The notes under the pieces: generated by a model
Told to the model about the DNA's origin: nothing
Seen by the model: the letters and a program-made list of their open reading frames with translations, nothing else
The model's database searches: none
Origin: Dimorphilus gyrociliatus
Taxonomy: Eukaryota > Animalia > Annelida
Assembly (NCBI GenBank): GCA_904063045.1
Contig: CAJFCJ010000008.1
Span: 1,178,001 to 1,242,000, forward strand
Reading direction: 5' to 3'
Length of the DNA: 64,000 bases
Position numbers and translations under genes: made by a program
Shown: one piece after another, positions 11,856-26,668 of the stretch
How positions within the stretch are numbered: position 1 is the first letter of the stretch
Layout of the letters: every line of letters starts with the position of its first letter

Positions 11856-14539
11856 ATGCTGTCTCATTCATTTGTATTAATTTCATTGTGCATTGTCTTT
11901 GTAACCTGTCTTGAGCATCCTATTATTGAAACAAGTAATGGTAAAGTAAGAGGAAATACCAACAATATAACAGATGGTATATTTTAATTTTCTTATACTT
12001 TTTTATTTTTCAATATAAATTAATTTGAATTTAGATAAAGATAGAAACAATAAAAAATTATCCTTTCTAAGTATTTGGTCTGATAAAAATTTGCTATTTT
12101 TTAGGTAGGATCTATCATGAATTTCTTGGAATTCCCTATGCGGCTTCAACCGAGCGTGAATTTAGATTTAAGAAACCGAGACCGGTAGAAAGCTGGAGTG
12201 GAATAAGGAACGCTACTAAGTTTGGGCCACATTGTCACCAGCTTGTTGCCTTGTTTTATCCTGTATTGGGAATGGACGATGATGTCAGTGAAGATTGTTT
12301 GTCGTTAAATATTTGGGTACCTGGAGAATTAGACAGGTAATGAAATACAAAAATTACATCATATAAACAGAAATAAGCTAAGTGGTGTTACTTATTTCAT
12401 AGTTAAGAATTTATCTAGATCTGACGACAGATATCACTAATCTATACAAATTTTTATTAAAAATGTGCGCATCAAAGCGAAAAAAAATTAAAGGGAAAGG
12501 GATGGAAATTTAACTTTCATAACAATAGAACTATAGGAAATAAAGGAAAATAGGGAAAAAGCAAAGGACAGAAAAAGCTCCAATGAAAAGTAATTATGCT
12601 GTAGAATGTTTGGTCATTTATTTTTATTAACTAATTTTTAACATTTTACACTAAGAATCTATAAATTTTTAATATGCATATGACAAATGGATGTCCGCAT
12701 GACTTAATGCTTATTGATAAAAGAGTCAAGGGGGTTTTTATTATCATTTTCTTAATTTATAAATAGGTTAATTTATGGTCTTAGTGAGTAATAAAAGTTT
12801 TTTCCAACACAGCGGAAGGAAGCTACCAGTAATGTTTTATTACTTTGGAGGAGCGTTCATTTTAGGGACAGGCGCCATGTATCCAGGGCAAGATTTAGCC
12901 GTGCACGGAGACGTTATTGTTGTGACATTTAACTATAGAATTTCAGCATTGGGCTTTTTATCAACAGCACACTCTAGCGCTAAAGGTAATTGGGCTCTTT
13001 GGGATAGCAAAATGGCTTTGGAGTGGGTAAAACAAAATATTGGAAAATTTGGAGGAGATGAAGAGCAAATAACGATATTCGGCGAATCAGCTGGAGCAGT
13101 TATGACATCTCATTCAGCGACCAGCCCCCAAACTAGTTCACTAGTGAAAAGAGCCATAGCTCATAGCGGTTCAGCTAATGGATACTTTGGTGTTGTAAAA
13201 CGGGAACATATCAAGAAAGGAACTTTAGATTTAGCTTCATTTTTTTTTTGTGATGATGAAGATGATTTGCAACATACAGTCGACTGTTTGAGAGAGGAAG
13301 AACCTGAAGATATTGATCTCTTTGCTATACTAAGCCCTGTTATATTTGCTGGTACACTTCCCATTTGGTTACCCACTGTAGATGAGGAATTCTTACCTTT
13401 ACCCCCAAAAGAAATGTGGCAACAAGGCTATGGAAAGAACGTGTCATTTATGACTGGTAAATTGAAAGACGATGCTGGGGGTTTGATTATTTTGAATCCT
13501 CTAGGGTTATTTTATGAGGATGCTCTTAGCTTTGCAGGAGATAAAGAGTCTCTAGAATTTCTTCTCAGTTTAATAACAGCCGCTTATAAGCCAATTGACG
13601 ATGAAGTGGTCTTCTCGATTAAAGACAGATATCCAAATCTGAAAAGCGATGATTTTATTGAAAGAAGCAGAGCCGCTGTAGATATGGGAACTGATTGGTT
13701 CTTCGGAAGTGGTTCTTTCCTCGATGCAGTCTACCATAGTGATAAGTCAGATAAAGGAACATATAACTACGAATTGCAACACAAAATGACATTTTTAGAT
13801 TATCCGAAATATATAAACGGTTCACATGTTGATGACTGCTATCCTTTGTTCGGTGAGCCTTTCCTAGAAACTTTAAGGAAAGAATTGAAATGTGGTGAGG
13901 AATGGAAGGATGGTGATATAAAATTTAGAGATAATTTGAGAGCCTATTGGTACAACTTTGTTAAAACTGGGTAATTAAATATTTTCTATTCTTTATAAGT
14001 ATCTTATTCTCTTTTTAGTTAATATAAATTTTTTCTATTGATTAACAGCAATCCAAATAACGGTCCACATCCTATACCAATCGGATGGCCAACATTTAAC
14101 AATAGAACTTTTGCAAAAATCCGTATTACACAGGATATGGGAGCTTCAAGTATTGAAACTGAAAGTTCGGAGAAAAGGAATCTCTATAAATTTTTTAACA
14201 ACGATCTGTACATTGATCCACTACAAACTGCGAAAAGCTTTTCAACGAAATCTTATAGAAGAAGTTCTGAAGTAGAAAAAAGTAAGTAGTCTTGAACATC
14301 TACAATAATGTTTTGTATTAACGAAATCTTCTTTTTTTCCCCTTCTTTTACATATAGAACTTGATGCCGCTATTTCAAATTTGAAAAATATTGGCTCAAG
14401 AATGCTAAGGAATGCTCCTGAACAAAGAGAAAAATTATATAAAATTATAGAAAATGCTTTGAATAGACGTGAAGCTAAGAGAATAAAAATGAATAATAAA
14501 GCTAAGGATCAGGATATGAAGAGAAGAAAATTATCTTGA
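11856..14539 (+). CDS. Secreted type-B carboxylesterase/cholinesterase-family protein, about 641 aa with spliced tail
   Basis: Exons 11856-11976 (signal peptide, GKVRG), 12105-12336 (FLGIPYA, SEDCLSLNIW), 12813-13970 (FGGAF, NYR, GESAG at 13081-13095, GSHVDD), 14049-14281 (NPN...WP) and 14358-14539. Phases are consistent. The last exon is less certain because an unspliced stop lies at 14287-14289. Confidence 0.92.
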
Positions 14540-15330
14540 ATAAAAACAAATTCTTGATATATATAAAGGATATATTTATCTCTTTTTTATTAAAATTTTA
14601 TCTTACAGGATTATTTTAGTATTTATTTAGACATATTTTAAAATTTCCATAAAAAATATGACTATAACTTGATTTAAAACTACAGATGGCTCTGTCAGTC
14701 TATGCCCGAATTGAGTGCAAATTATTTGTCTAATATTTTAAAAAAATCTTCCTCTATTCTGAATATTAGTATAGACAAAAGTGAATCAATAAATTTCGGT
14801 GTATTGTATAATATATATTTGTAAATAAAACAAAAGTTTGTTGAAAGGGCGTATCAAAAACTTAATTAGTTTATTTCATTTTGTTTGTCAATTTTAATCA
14901 GTCGATAATAAGGTATACCTTTGCTCATGTAGCTATGATTCAGCATTCAATATTGCCAATAGTTCTTGGAATTTGGGTAAAGCATTTCCAAGATCAGATT
15001 TTAACGCATAGAGTACTGCTTAAAAGACCAGCAGCTTACAGGTGTTATTTTGACTACATATTCTGAATTATTCAAGAAATATCGACAAAAATTGGGCATA
15101 GAGATAATTCATATATACAGTATATAATATATTGCTTTATCCCCAAACCACTATGGAGAGCAAAAGACAAGGAGAGAAAACATCAGTCGATGTAAGAAAA
15201 GAGTGAGCTACAAATAAATTACTTGTAAGAAACAAATTATCAAAATAAAGTTCAAGTTCATCTGACCTCACTCATTCAACTTGTATTCCAAATCCTACTT
15301 TCAGTTACTTTCATCTCCTAAAGTAGAAGA

Positions 15331-15340
15331 AAAATGGCGG
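15331..15340 (+). promoter_or_regulatory. YY1-like motif AAAATGGCGG, probable promoter of the GT31 gene
   Basis: Matches the YY1 core about 0.85 kb upstream of the ATG. A donor near 15838 and an acceptor at 16172 indicate a 5'UTR intron. Confidence 0.4.
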
Positions 15341-15438
15341 GAATTCATTTTTAAATCATATTGATAGTTCACTTTGAAATAATTTTATCAAGACATCAAG
15401 AAAAAAGCTTCAATTCTTTGTAATTTGTCCAGTTTTCA

Positions 15439-15479
<41 letters not shown>

Positions 15480-16190
15480 TTATATACAGTATATATATCT
15501 TAGTGCAAAATTTATATGTACATATAGGACTGATAACAAAATAATACATATGTATTAGTGCTTATCGGCCTATTCAACTCTTTGCTATATAGTATAGTAT
15601 TAATGCATAATAGGTCTAAAGTTTTTATACTAATCGTGTCAACAATTATTTAAGATGTGGACATCTTTGTACATGATCATTAGTTGAGACATAAATTTTA
15701 TAAATCAGCTATCAAATATAGTTTTATTATTGATTGTGACGTAAATTAATTTAATGGAGGAAAAATATTCATCTTCAATTGATTAATTTGACAACTGTCG
15801 TGCATGTCACTTTTGAGAATAAGAATTTGTGAGCAAGGTAAGACCGAAACTTTTCTTAACTGTTCAAAAGTTTCTATCAGTTCGAATGTACTAATTAGTT
15901 TAATAAATAAACGTAAATTTATTCTTTTTTAACTCTTGACTTTCATAAAATCTTTAGATTTGAACTTGATTTTTGAATAATTTCAGTACTTTTTTCAATA
16001 ACTTATTCTTTACAAAATTATTATTATACCTTGTTTAATCGGTTTAGAAAGTACTAAAATTGAAATAGTAGTTGTCACGAATCACAAAACTAGTGGCTGA
16101 AATAAATACTCGTAAATTTAAGGCTGTAAATATCATAAAGTGAGAGATAAATTGATGAATGTATTTTTTTAGGCTGATAACTCTGAAATT

Positions 16191-17378
16191 ATGGCAAGAG
16201 TGGGTGAAATATGGAAAAAATTAATTCTGGCGTGCTTGATTATTATAGCCATTCATTCAACTGCAAATTTTCTTCTGACTAAGGTGTCCAATACTACTAC
16301 TACTACTACAACTACATTAAACGAACGTGAAAAATCAGTACTTTTAAAATCGTTTAACAGAAAAGTTGATGGAACAATTGACGTAACTTTCAATCTTGAC
16401 GTTGAAAATGTGAAAAAAGAGACAGGAAAACAAATTACAATAAAGCAGACTACGGAGAAGGTCCAATACACACCCCATCCTCCTCCAACAATACCACAAG
16501 TGTATAGAGGAAATGACATTTGTGAGAAAAATAAGCCTACATTAATTATATATGTACATTCAGCACCAAATAATATTATACGGAGGTCACGACTAAGACA
16601 GACGTGGGCCGACAATAATCTGTTCAAAGATAAATATTTCCAGGTTGTCTTTGTCCTTGGGAGGCCGTCATCAGCATCTGTGCAAGAAAATATCGATACT
16701 GAAAATAAAGAATATGGTGATATTATCCAAGGTGACTTCAAAGATCAATACAGAAATCTAACCTTGAAAGCCATCTTTGCACTTAAATGGCTAAGAGATT
16801 CATGCCCAAGCGCTAAATTTGCTTTAAAAAGTGATGATGATGTATTCATGAACGTTTTTGAAATAAGGAAGTTAACTGAAGAAAAAAAGTATCAGGAAGA
16901 TGAAAAATTTCTTTTTTGTGCTTTTTATCATGCCAAACAAATGCCAATTTTAAGAAATCCAAAAACTTGTATGAAATGGTGCGTTGAAGATTACGAATTT
17001 CCAGGTGAAGTAACTTTTCCACCATACTGTGCTGGTCTAGGATTTTTATTAAAAACAAGTGCAGTTCCCTTCTTATTAGATAATGTCGCAAAAACACCAT
17101 TTTTCTGGATAGACGATGTATATACTACTGGACTTCTCGTTAAAAATATTCCAAATCTGAACATTATAGACATGTCAAAGAAAATTACTATGAATAGTAT
17201 TGAAGCTATTAAACTATATAAAAACAATGATAAAAGTTTAAGGGCACCAATTTTTATTCTCGTTTCTAGTGGTAAACAAATTAAAACACTATTTAAACTT
17301 TCTTATTTGAGGTTAAGTGATGAAGAGAAGAAAATTGTGAATTTTGACGTTCAAAAATATAATATTACAACAAACTAA
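16191..17378 (+). CDS. Beta-1,3-galactosyltransferase-like glycosyltransferase family 31, type II membrane protein
   Basis: Single coding exon of 395 aa. N-terminal signal anchor, Thr-rich stem, and motifs RLRQTW, GDIIQGDFKDQYRNLTLK, KSDDDVF (DxD), FPPYCAG and WIDDVYTTG. Confidence 0.95.
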   Translation: MARVGEIWKKLILACLIIIAIHSTANFLLTKVSNTTTTTTTTLNEREKSVLLKSFNRKVDGTIDVTFNLDVENVKKETGKQITIKQTTEKVQYTPHPPPTIPQVYRGNDICEKNKPTLIIYVHSAPNNIIRRSRLRQTWADNNLFKDKYFQVVFVLGRPSSASVQENIDTENKEYGDIIQGDFKDQYRNLTLKAIFALKWLRDSCPSAKFALKSDDDVFMNVFEIRKLTEEKKYQEDEKFLFCAFYHAKQMPILRNPKTCMKWCVEDYEFPGEVTFPPYCAGLGFLLKTSAVPFLLDNVAKTPFFWIDDVYTTGLLVKNIPNLNIIDMSKKITMNSIEAIKLYKNNDKSLRAPIFILVSSGKQIKTLFKLSYLRLSDEEKKIVNFDVQKYNITTN

Positions 17379-17624
17379 ATAATTTATTTTTATATGTGTT
17401 ATTTATATAATAGGCATAAAATTGATATGTATGTGCAGTATTGGTCAAAAAGTACTTTGCATCATGTTATGGTGTTTGATATTTTTTTTCTGTCTCTTAA
17501 TATCTGTCTTTTATAGGGATAGAATTTCATTGAAAATATGTAAATCTCTTTTTTAAATGAAAGCTTGTCAATTACAATGTTCAACCAAGCTTGATCTGAA
17601 ATCACATCCTATTCATGTATAATA

Positions 17625-17638
17625 CTGCCATCTGCTGT
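17625..17638 (-). promoter_or_regulatory. CTCF-like motif ACAGCAGATGGCAG between the convergent GT31 and sulfotransferase genes
   Basis: 13/14 match to the CCASYAGRKGGCRS consensus. One of 11 AGRTGGCR cores seen in the window. Confidence 0.45.
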
Positions 17639-17817
17639 ATATATTATAAAAATAGACTAAACAGCCTGTATTGAATAAAATAACAAGCATATCGATGTAA
17701 GAAATGAACAAAAAGTAAATAAATGACAGAGACCAATATCTTGTCTAAGTCTTTAACTGCAAGACGTTATTGATTTTTTTCTTACAGGTAAAAAAAGCCA
17801 GTTTGATTCATTAATAC

Positions 17818-18654
17818 CTAAGAGTTTGAATCAATGTATAAACTAGACAAAACTTTGAATCGTGATGACATATTCAAATAAAATCTATAAAAAAGAGCTT
17901 TAAAGAATAGATAAAACAGCAATAAAACGATACACAACCACCTTAATAATGACGTCCAACATTCTTTATAAAATAAATTCAAATGATATTTTAGGACTCC
18001 TGCTCCATTTAAATGTGGATAAGAAACCTTTGGTATTGTTTTATTCAAAAATTTGCATAGTGGTTCCCAGCTATCACCAAATTTTAAGAAGAGAACGCGA
18101 TCGCTTGAAAGTTTCTTTTTTAAAGATGAATAGTGTTTAACGTACTTATTAATATAAATTGTTTTATTAACAATTTCTGAACCGTAAACATACTTTCTGT
18201 TAAGTCTATCGAGTTTTGTGAATTTGTATATCAATGGGTGTAAGTAACTTAAGAAGCTGCTCTCAAAGTAAGATTGGCTCAATTTGATGTGACTTGACCA
18301 GCTGTTAAACCACGATTCTTTATCTCTAACTGTTACCACAATTTTAGCTTGAGGAAATACACTTGCAAGGTCAACAGCAAAATAGGCAGCTGGGACGTCT
18401 GTCACTGAATCGATTCCTCTGTAAAGACTCTTCCAGTCAATGTCACGTTTTTCAAATTCTAAGACATCCACCCAAAATGCCAAACTTTCTCTTGCATGTT
18501 CAAGAAAATCATGATTCTTATAACCGAGTATCTTTAGAGCTCTAGATAAGGAAGTAGTACCAGTTTTAGAAAGTCCGGCTCCAATAACAGCCAAACCATT
18601 GATTAGATTGCATAGCTGTAGACAAAATAGGAAGTGACAGAGCAACTTGCTCAT
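17818..18654 (-). CDS. P-loop sulfotransferase-family protein (Sulfotransfer_4-like) with signal peptide and C-terminal TM helix
   Basis: Intronless 278-aa ORF with VIGAGLSKTGTTSLSRALKILG, TVRDKESWFNSW and DSWEPLCKFL...YPHLN, a hydrophobic N-terminus and a C-terminal LLRWLCIVLLLFYLFF. A probable 5'UTR intron has a GTAAGC donor at 18794 and an AG acceptor at 18659. Confidence 0.85.
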   Translation of the reverse strand: MSKLLCHFLFCLQLCNLINGLAVIGAGLSKTGTTSLSRALKILGYKNHDFLEHARESLAFWVDVLEFEKRDIDWKSLYRGIDSVTDVPAAYFAVDLASVFPQAKIVVTVRDKESWFNSWSSHIKLSQSYFESSFLSYLHPLIYKFTKLDRLNRKYVYGSEIVNKTIYINKYVKHYSSLKKKLSSDRVLFLKFGDSWEPLCKFLNKTIPKVSYPHLNGAGVLKYHLNLFYKECWTSLLRWLCIVLLLFYLFFKALFYRFYLNMSSRFKVLSSLYIDSNS

Positions 18655-19968
18655 TTTACTAGGTCTGCTGTTTCTCAGCTCTATAATAGACTATTATCAA
18701 ATAGATGTATATAAAGTTTCAGATTTATATATCCCCTATAATTTCTCCTTTAGATACTAAATATAGTTATGTATTGTGAATAATTTTGGCTTACATGGCG
18801 GCTCCAGCATTTTTTTACTTTGTACAGATGTCAAGAAAAAAATTTCCGGTAGCAAATATCAATGTTTAGTCTTTTAGTTTGAATCATCAATATCTTTTAT
18901 TCTTAGATCTCGGTAAAGGTACAGTTTATTGGCTGTATAAATTTAAAGGTATAGAGAAAATTGCTAATCCATAACGATACTAAATAATTAAGTACAATTA
19001 TAGCTGTCGATCGAGTGATAGCCTATTTGACGAACAACCACATTCCCCTGTTCAAATTAGCCTCCTTCCCTCAGTATTTCTACTTTTTAAAACATTATCC
19101 TGTTGCTAAGTTAACTTTCTACCTTAAAAATAGCAATGTGCGTTTAAATTTATCATACATGAATATTATCATTTGAATTTTATTCGTCACAAATTCTATA
19201 GATGTTATTCTTGTACTTTACAAAGCTGGAATATATTAGATGTTTCATAAATAAATCCCTTACTTCGAAATATTACCATTTAATTATGCAAAAATAGAGA
19301 TATATAAATATTCCTTTGGAAATATAAATATATACCTTTAAATTGATTTATTCGAAATGAAAGCGTGAATTTTGATTTGTTTGTGCCTCATTTAAACAAT
19401 ACAAACGACATTACAAGATATTTTTAATACTGATCAATCAATATTTTAGGCAGTTCGAAACCAGGTGCATAGCATAAAATATCACAATTAAATTCGTAAA
19501 ATATTAATGTAATGACTAATAATAAAATAAGTAAGTCATCATGCCGAAAATTAAAATGAAGAAAAATAATCCAAAAGTTTTTCTTTAGCCTTCTTCTTTA
19601 TTTTAACTTCTCATTGAAAAGCATATTGAAAAATAATAAAAAATGATACAAAAACAAGGAAAAGCTTAAATTTGATATTATACTTTAAGGTCACAATAGA
19701 AATTATAAAGTTATTGAATAGGAAAAATGTATTGTGTACTTGTTTTTTGCAGTATTTCCTTTTTTCAACTTTAAAATTAATTGCATATCATATATTGATA
19801 TTTTTAAGATTAGTTTACTTAATATTAGTGTAGATATTTCTTAATACAGATGATATAAGTGCTAAAACCAGTATGAAAAAATTAATGCTTTAAATCAAAT
19901 ATTATTATCACAGATCGTGCCATAAAATTTAAAAAGAGAATGCTTTAAAAAATATTTTCTCTTAACTT

Positions 19969-23214
<3,246 letters not shown>

Positions 23215-26052
23215 TCCTAAAAAGTAGCCATTAAAATTATTTATTTTATTAATTAAATGCATATAAAAACAAAGCAAAAGCAGGAAAAACCGTGAAAAAT
23301 TATTTCTCTTTGTTACTCTTTTTTTTAATGGTAATTATACCAATTTAATATTAATAAAAAAAGTAGAATTTTCACTCCGCCCTCAAAAAAAGCCATACAA
23401 ACTGATCAATTTTCGTTTGTTAAAAAAGTAGGCAGCTATCGAATTGAGGACTTTTTTTTATTACAATCTCAGTTTGTAAATAAAAAAAAAGAGAGTATAA
23501 AAATAAGAAAATTACAGACATTTGCAATACTCTCTTTTGGAATTCATTTTAATAAAAGAGAATATTTTACATTAAACCAATTTTATAATTAATGAATAAA
23601 TTATTTTAGTAAAAAAAAGGGAAGAATGAAGGAAACAATGAAAAAGAGCAAGAGAAATATTCACTAATTATTATTGATTTTAACCAAGTTGGTTTTTTAT
23701 CAACTGATTTAAAGTTTGCGTCTTAGTTACTATTAAATCTTATATAAATTTATTATAAATCTGATAATAACGGTTTCCTGCAAGATCTCCTTTAATTCTA
23801 TTTGATATTTGTAATAGGTAAACACAATAATTTACTGAACATGCTGGTTTTGGAGTTATCTCGAAATTTTACCATATTGTCCTTCTAAACTGGTAAACAT
23901 ATACAAACCTATTTGTATTTTCTATTAATTTATCTGTTACTTTGCTGGCAAACAGACGAGAGATTCGCAATTAGGAAAAGGGAGAGAGAAAATGGCACCA
24001 AACTGACTGACTCCAAGCAACGCAGGCTCCTTGACAACGGCGCCAAGAGACATATGAATATTGAATGATTTTCTCAAGGCCTATAATCCGACGGATTAAG
24101 ATTCAGCTTATCGCTTAATGCAAAGAATATTCCAACTTTAGATTTAAGTAGCTTTTTCATTCGAGTACGTTTAAAGAGAGAATAAGCACTTTTTAGAGTT
24201 GGTGTTTCAACAATACTTTTCAACAATTAATTGGTTTCGGGCCTAATTGGACCTTTTACTTTCTCCTACATTGCTATTTCTATAAGATGTTCATTTTAAA
24301 AATGTTACATTATATCAATTGCTTTTTAAGAGGTATATATGACGTCATTTAAATATTCAGATATTGATCAATAATCAGCCATTGTTTGTCTGCAATAAGA
24401 GTACAGCCTTTTAATTTTTATTGACCAACAGCAAACTATTTTTTTTATATACAACAATCTTTGTAGGAAAATTAATCCCTTTTTATAAAAACAGTGAGGG
24501 GTTATAATTGGAGAACGTTTTTCTTCATGTATAACATATTATGCAGTAAATACAGCTATATATACTAATATATATATAAAGTATATATATCTATATACAG
24601 TATTACCTTCTTTTATTAATTTTAATTAGCCAGTTTAGTATATAGGTAAAAACACTAATAATTATGGGAATAACTTTTGTATAGGAATATTCTTAAGGAC
24701 GAAGCTATACTTTAACAGCCGTATAAACAACTAATAAATAGATACTATTTATACAATATTTCATATTTAGAATGTTTAACTTTGAAAAGATTACCTCACT
24801 TTTATTATATAATGTTTAACATATAGAATGAATAGAGACGATGATAAAGCATGTTCTACCTGTTACAAGTACATTGCATAGTATATATTTTTTGATTAAG
24901 TATAAATCTAGACAACTTTAACAACTATATTAAAATTTTTACTTACGTGTGATAGAATGTATATTAGTATATTAAATCAGAGTGTCCTTGGGATAATGTT
25001 AAGGTCAATTGAAATTCTTATCCTATACAACCTTTTTCTTTGCAGGAATCAAACTACAATCAACTATCTATCTATTCTGTTTAAAGTCTAAAGAAATCTG
25101 TGCTTTTACAAGCTCTCTCTTGCTTGATCCCACGCTCTCTCAATCACTCTCATTTTTCTTTCTGCACTGTCTTAGTACATAATCAATAGAATAACATTAA
25201 CTATTAGGCCTATTAAGTCTGAAAAGAAAACTATACACTGTGATAAATCAATAATTTTAATAGTAAAAGTTTCTTTCATTAATCCTATTGCACAGTATTT
25301 ACTTATAAAAATGAAATTAGGTGGAAAAAAATTAACAATCTACTTTGATCTAGAAAAAAATTAATAGTTTTCGATAGACCTAAAAGTTTATGTTAAACTT
25401 GGTGACATTTTGGCAAAGTTTTGCCTATGTCAACTTGCAAAGAAAAGAAAAAAAGGTTTTCTATTTAAAAGTGTTCCTTTTATTTTAAATGTTAAACTTA
25501 ATTGACCTAGGCGAAACCAATTAATATTCTAATGTTACAGGATGCCATTGAATATTTTACGGATGGAAAGAGACAGAGAGAAAGCGAGAGGGAGGGAAAG
25601 GAGAAGAGACAAATTATTTATAAATATGTTGTCTATAAAGCAGAATCTATTAATTTGCAAGATAGTCAAATAATCATTTTACTTTTTCCCCCAACCTTTA
25701 TTTTTTTAACTATATTTTCAGCATCAATCAACGTCAGGAAATCAATTAATTTGCACCTAATAAAGTTCCGCGCTTCGAATAGTGTACGATTAATTTTGTT
25801 TAGTTACAATGTTATAAATTTTTTTATATAAAATTACACTCCGTTTTAATAAAAAAAAATGATTTTAATGAAATATTAATTTTCATTATAAATTCTTGGG
25901 AAGATTGATACTGAATTGTTGATCTAGACCTATAAATTATCAATTATGCAGTTGATCTATGTAATTAATATAACGGTTATTCGTTCGGCTAAAATAGTTC
26001 ATAAAGGTTACTTTCAACAGTATGAAAATAAATATAGTGGCAAATATCATAC

Positions 26053-26167
26053 CATTATCCCAAACAGATGGTAAACAATAATCAGTCTTCCATTTGCTGT
26101 TCAAAGGATTGACGTTCAATCCATTTCGATTTTTAACTGATGGCAAACAATAATCGACTGGAGACAT
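26053..26167 (-). other. Candidate upstream exon of tektin-3 with an internal DYCLPSV repeat
   Basis: ATG at 26167, 38 open codons, then a G|GTATGA donor. Phase 1 fits the tektin acceptor at 23216 (GA-ATG) in frame. Confidence 0.35.
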
Positions 26168-26627
26168 ACTTTTTCTCTATCAGTTGTAAAAAAGTAAGAA
26201 TGAAATAATAAAGAAATCACAGTTCTATTGCCTCTGGTCTTTGCGAATAACAGAGATTTTGAGAATTCTTTCAGATAATATACGCAATAGGCTGAAAGTT
26301 CTTGAAACTTTATCAGTCTCAGTATCAGATAATAGTCTCGTTATATAACAAGTTGCACATTTAAAATTATTATTCTAATATCAGAATTTAATAAAGAATA
26401 TATAGAAAAACTCGCTAAAAAGTAAACAATTATAAAAGATGAAAGATGCGGCAGTATTTTCAAAGATTGTAATCTCTTCAATGTTTATTCTTTTGTAATC
26501 TCATTTTTTATCCAAAAGAATGAAAGTTCAAAGTTTAATAAAAAATGAATTTTCTTTTCATTGATATTTTCAATAAAAAATTAACAAGAATAGAAAGAAG
26601 AAATAAGACAGAGATTAATAGCTAAAG

Positions 26628-26668
26628 AAAGAAAGAAAGGGAGAGAGAGAGAGAAAGAGAGAGAGAGA
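26628..26668. repeat. (GA)n/(GAAA)n purine-rich microsatellite
   Basis: aaagaaagaaagggagagagagagagaaagagagagagagaaa. Confidence 0.85.

Noticed and set aside
13161-17227. Minus-strand ORFs 13161-13376, 16253-16741, 16846-17100 and 16991-17227
   Set aside because: Antisense shadows of the esterase and GT31 coding exons.
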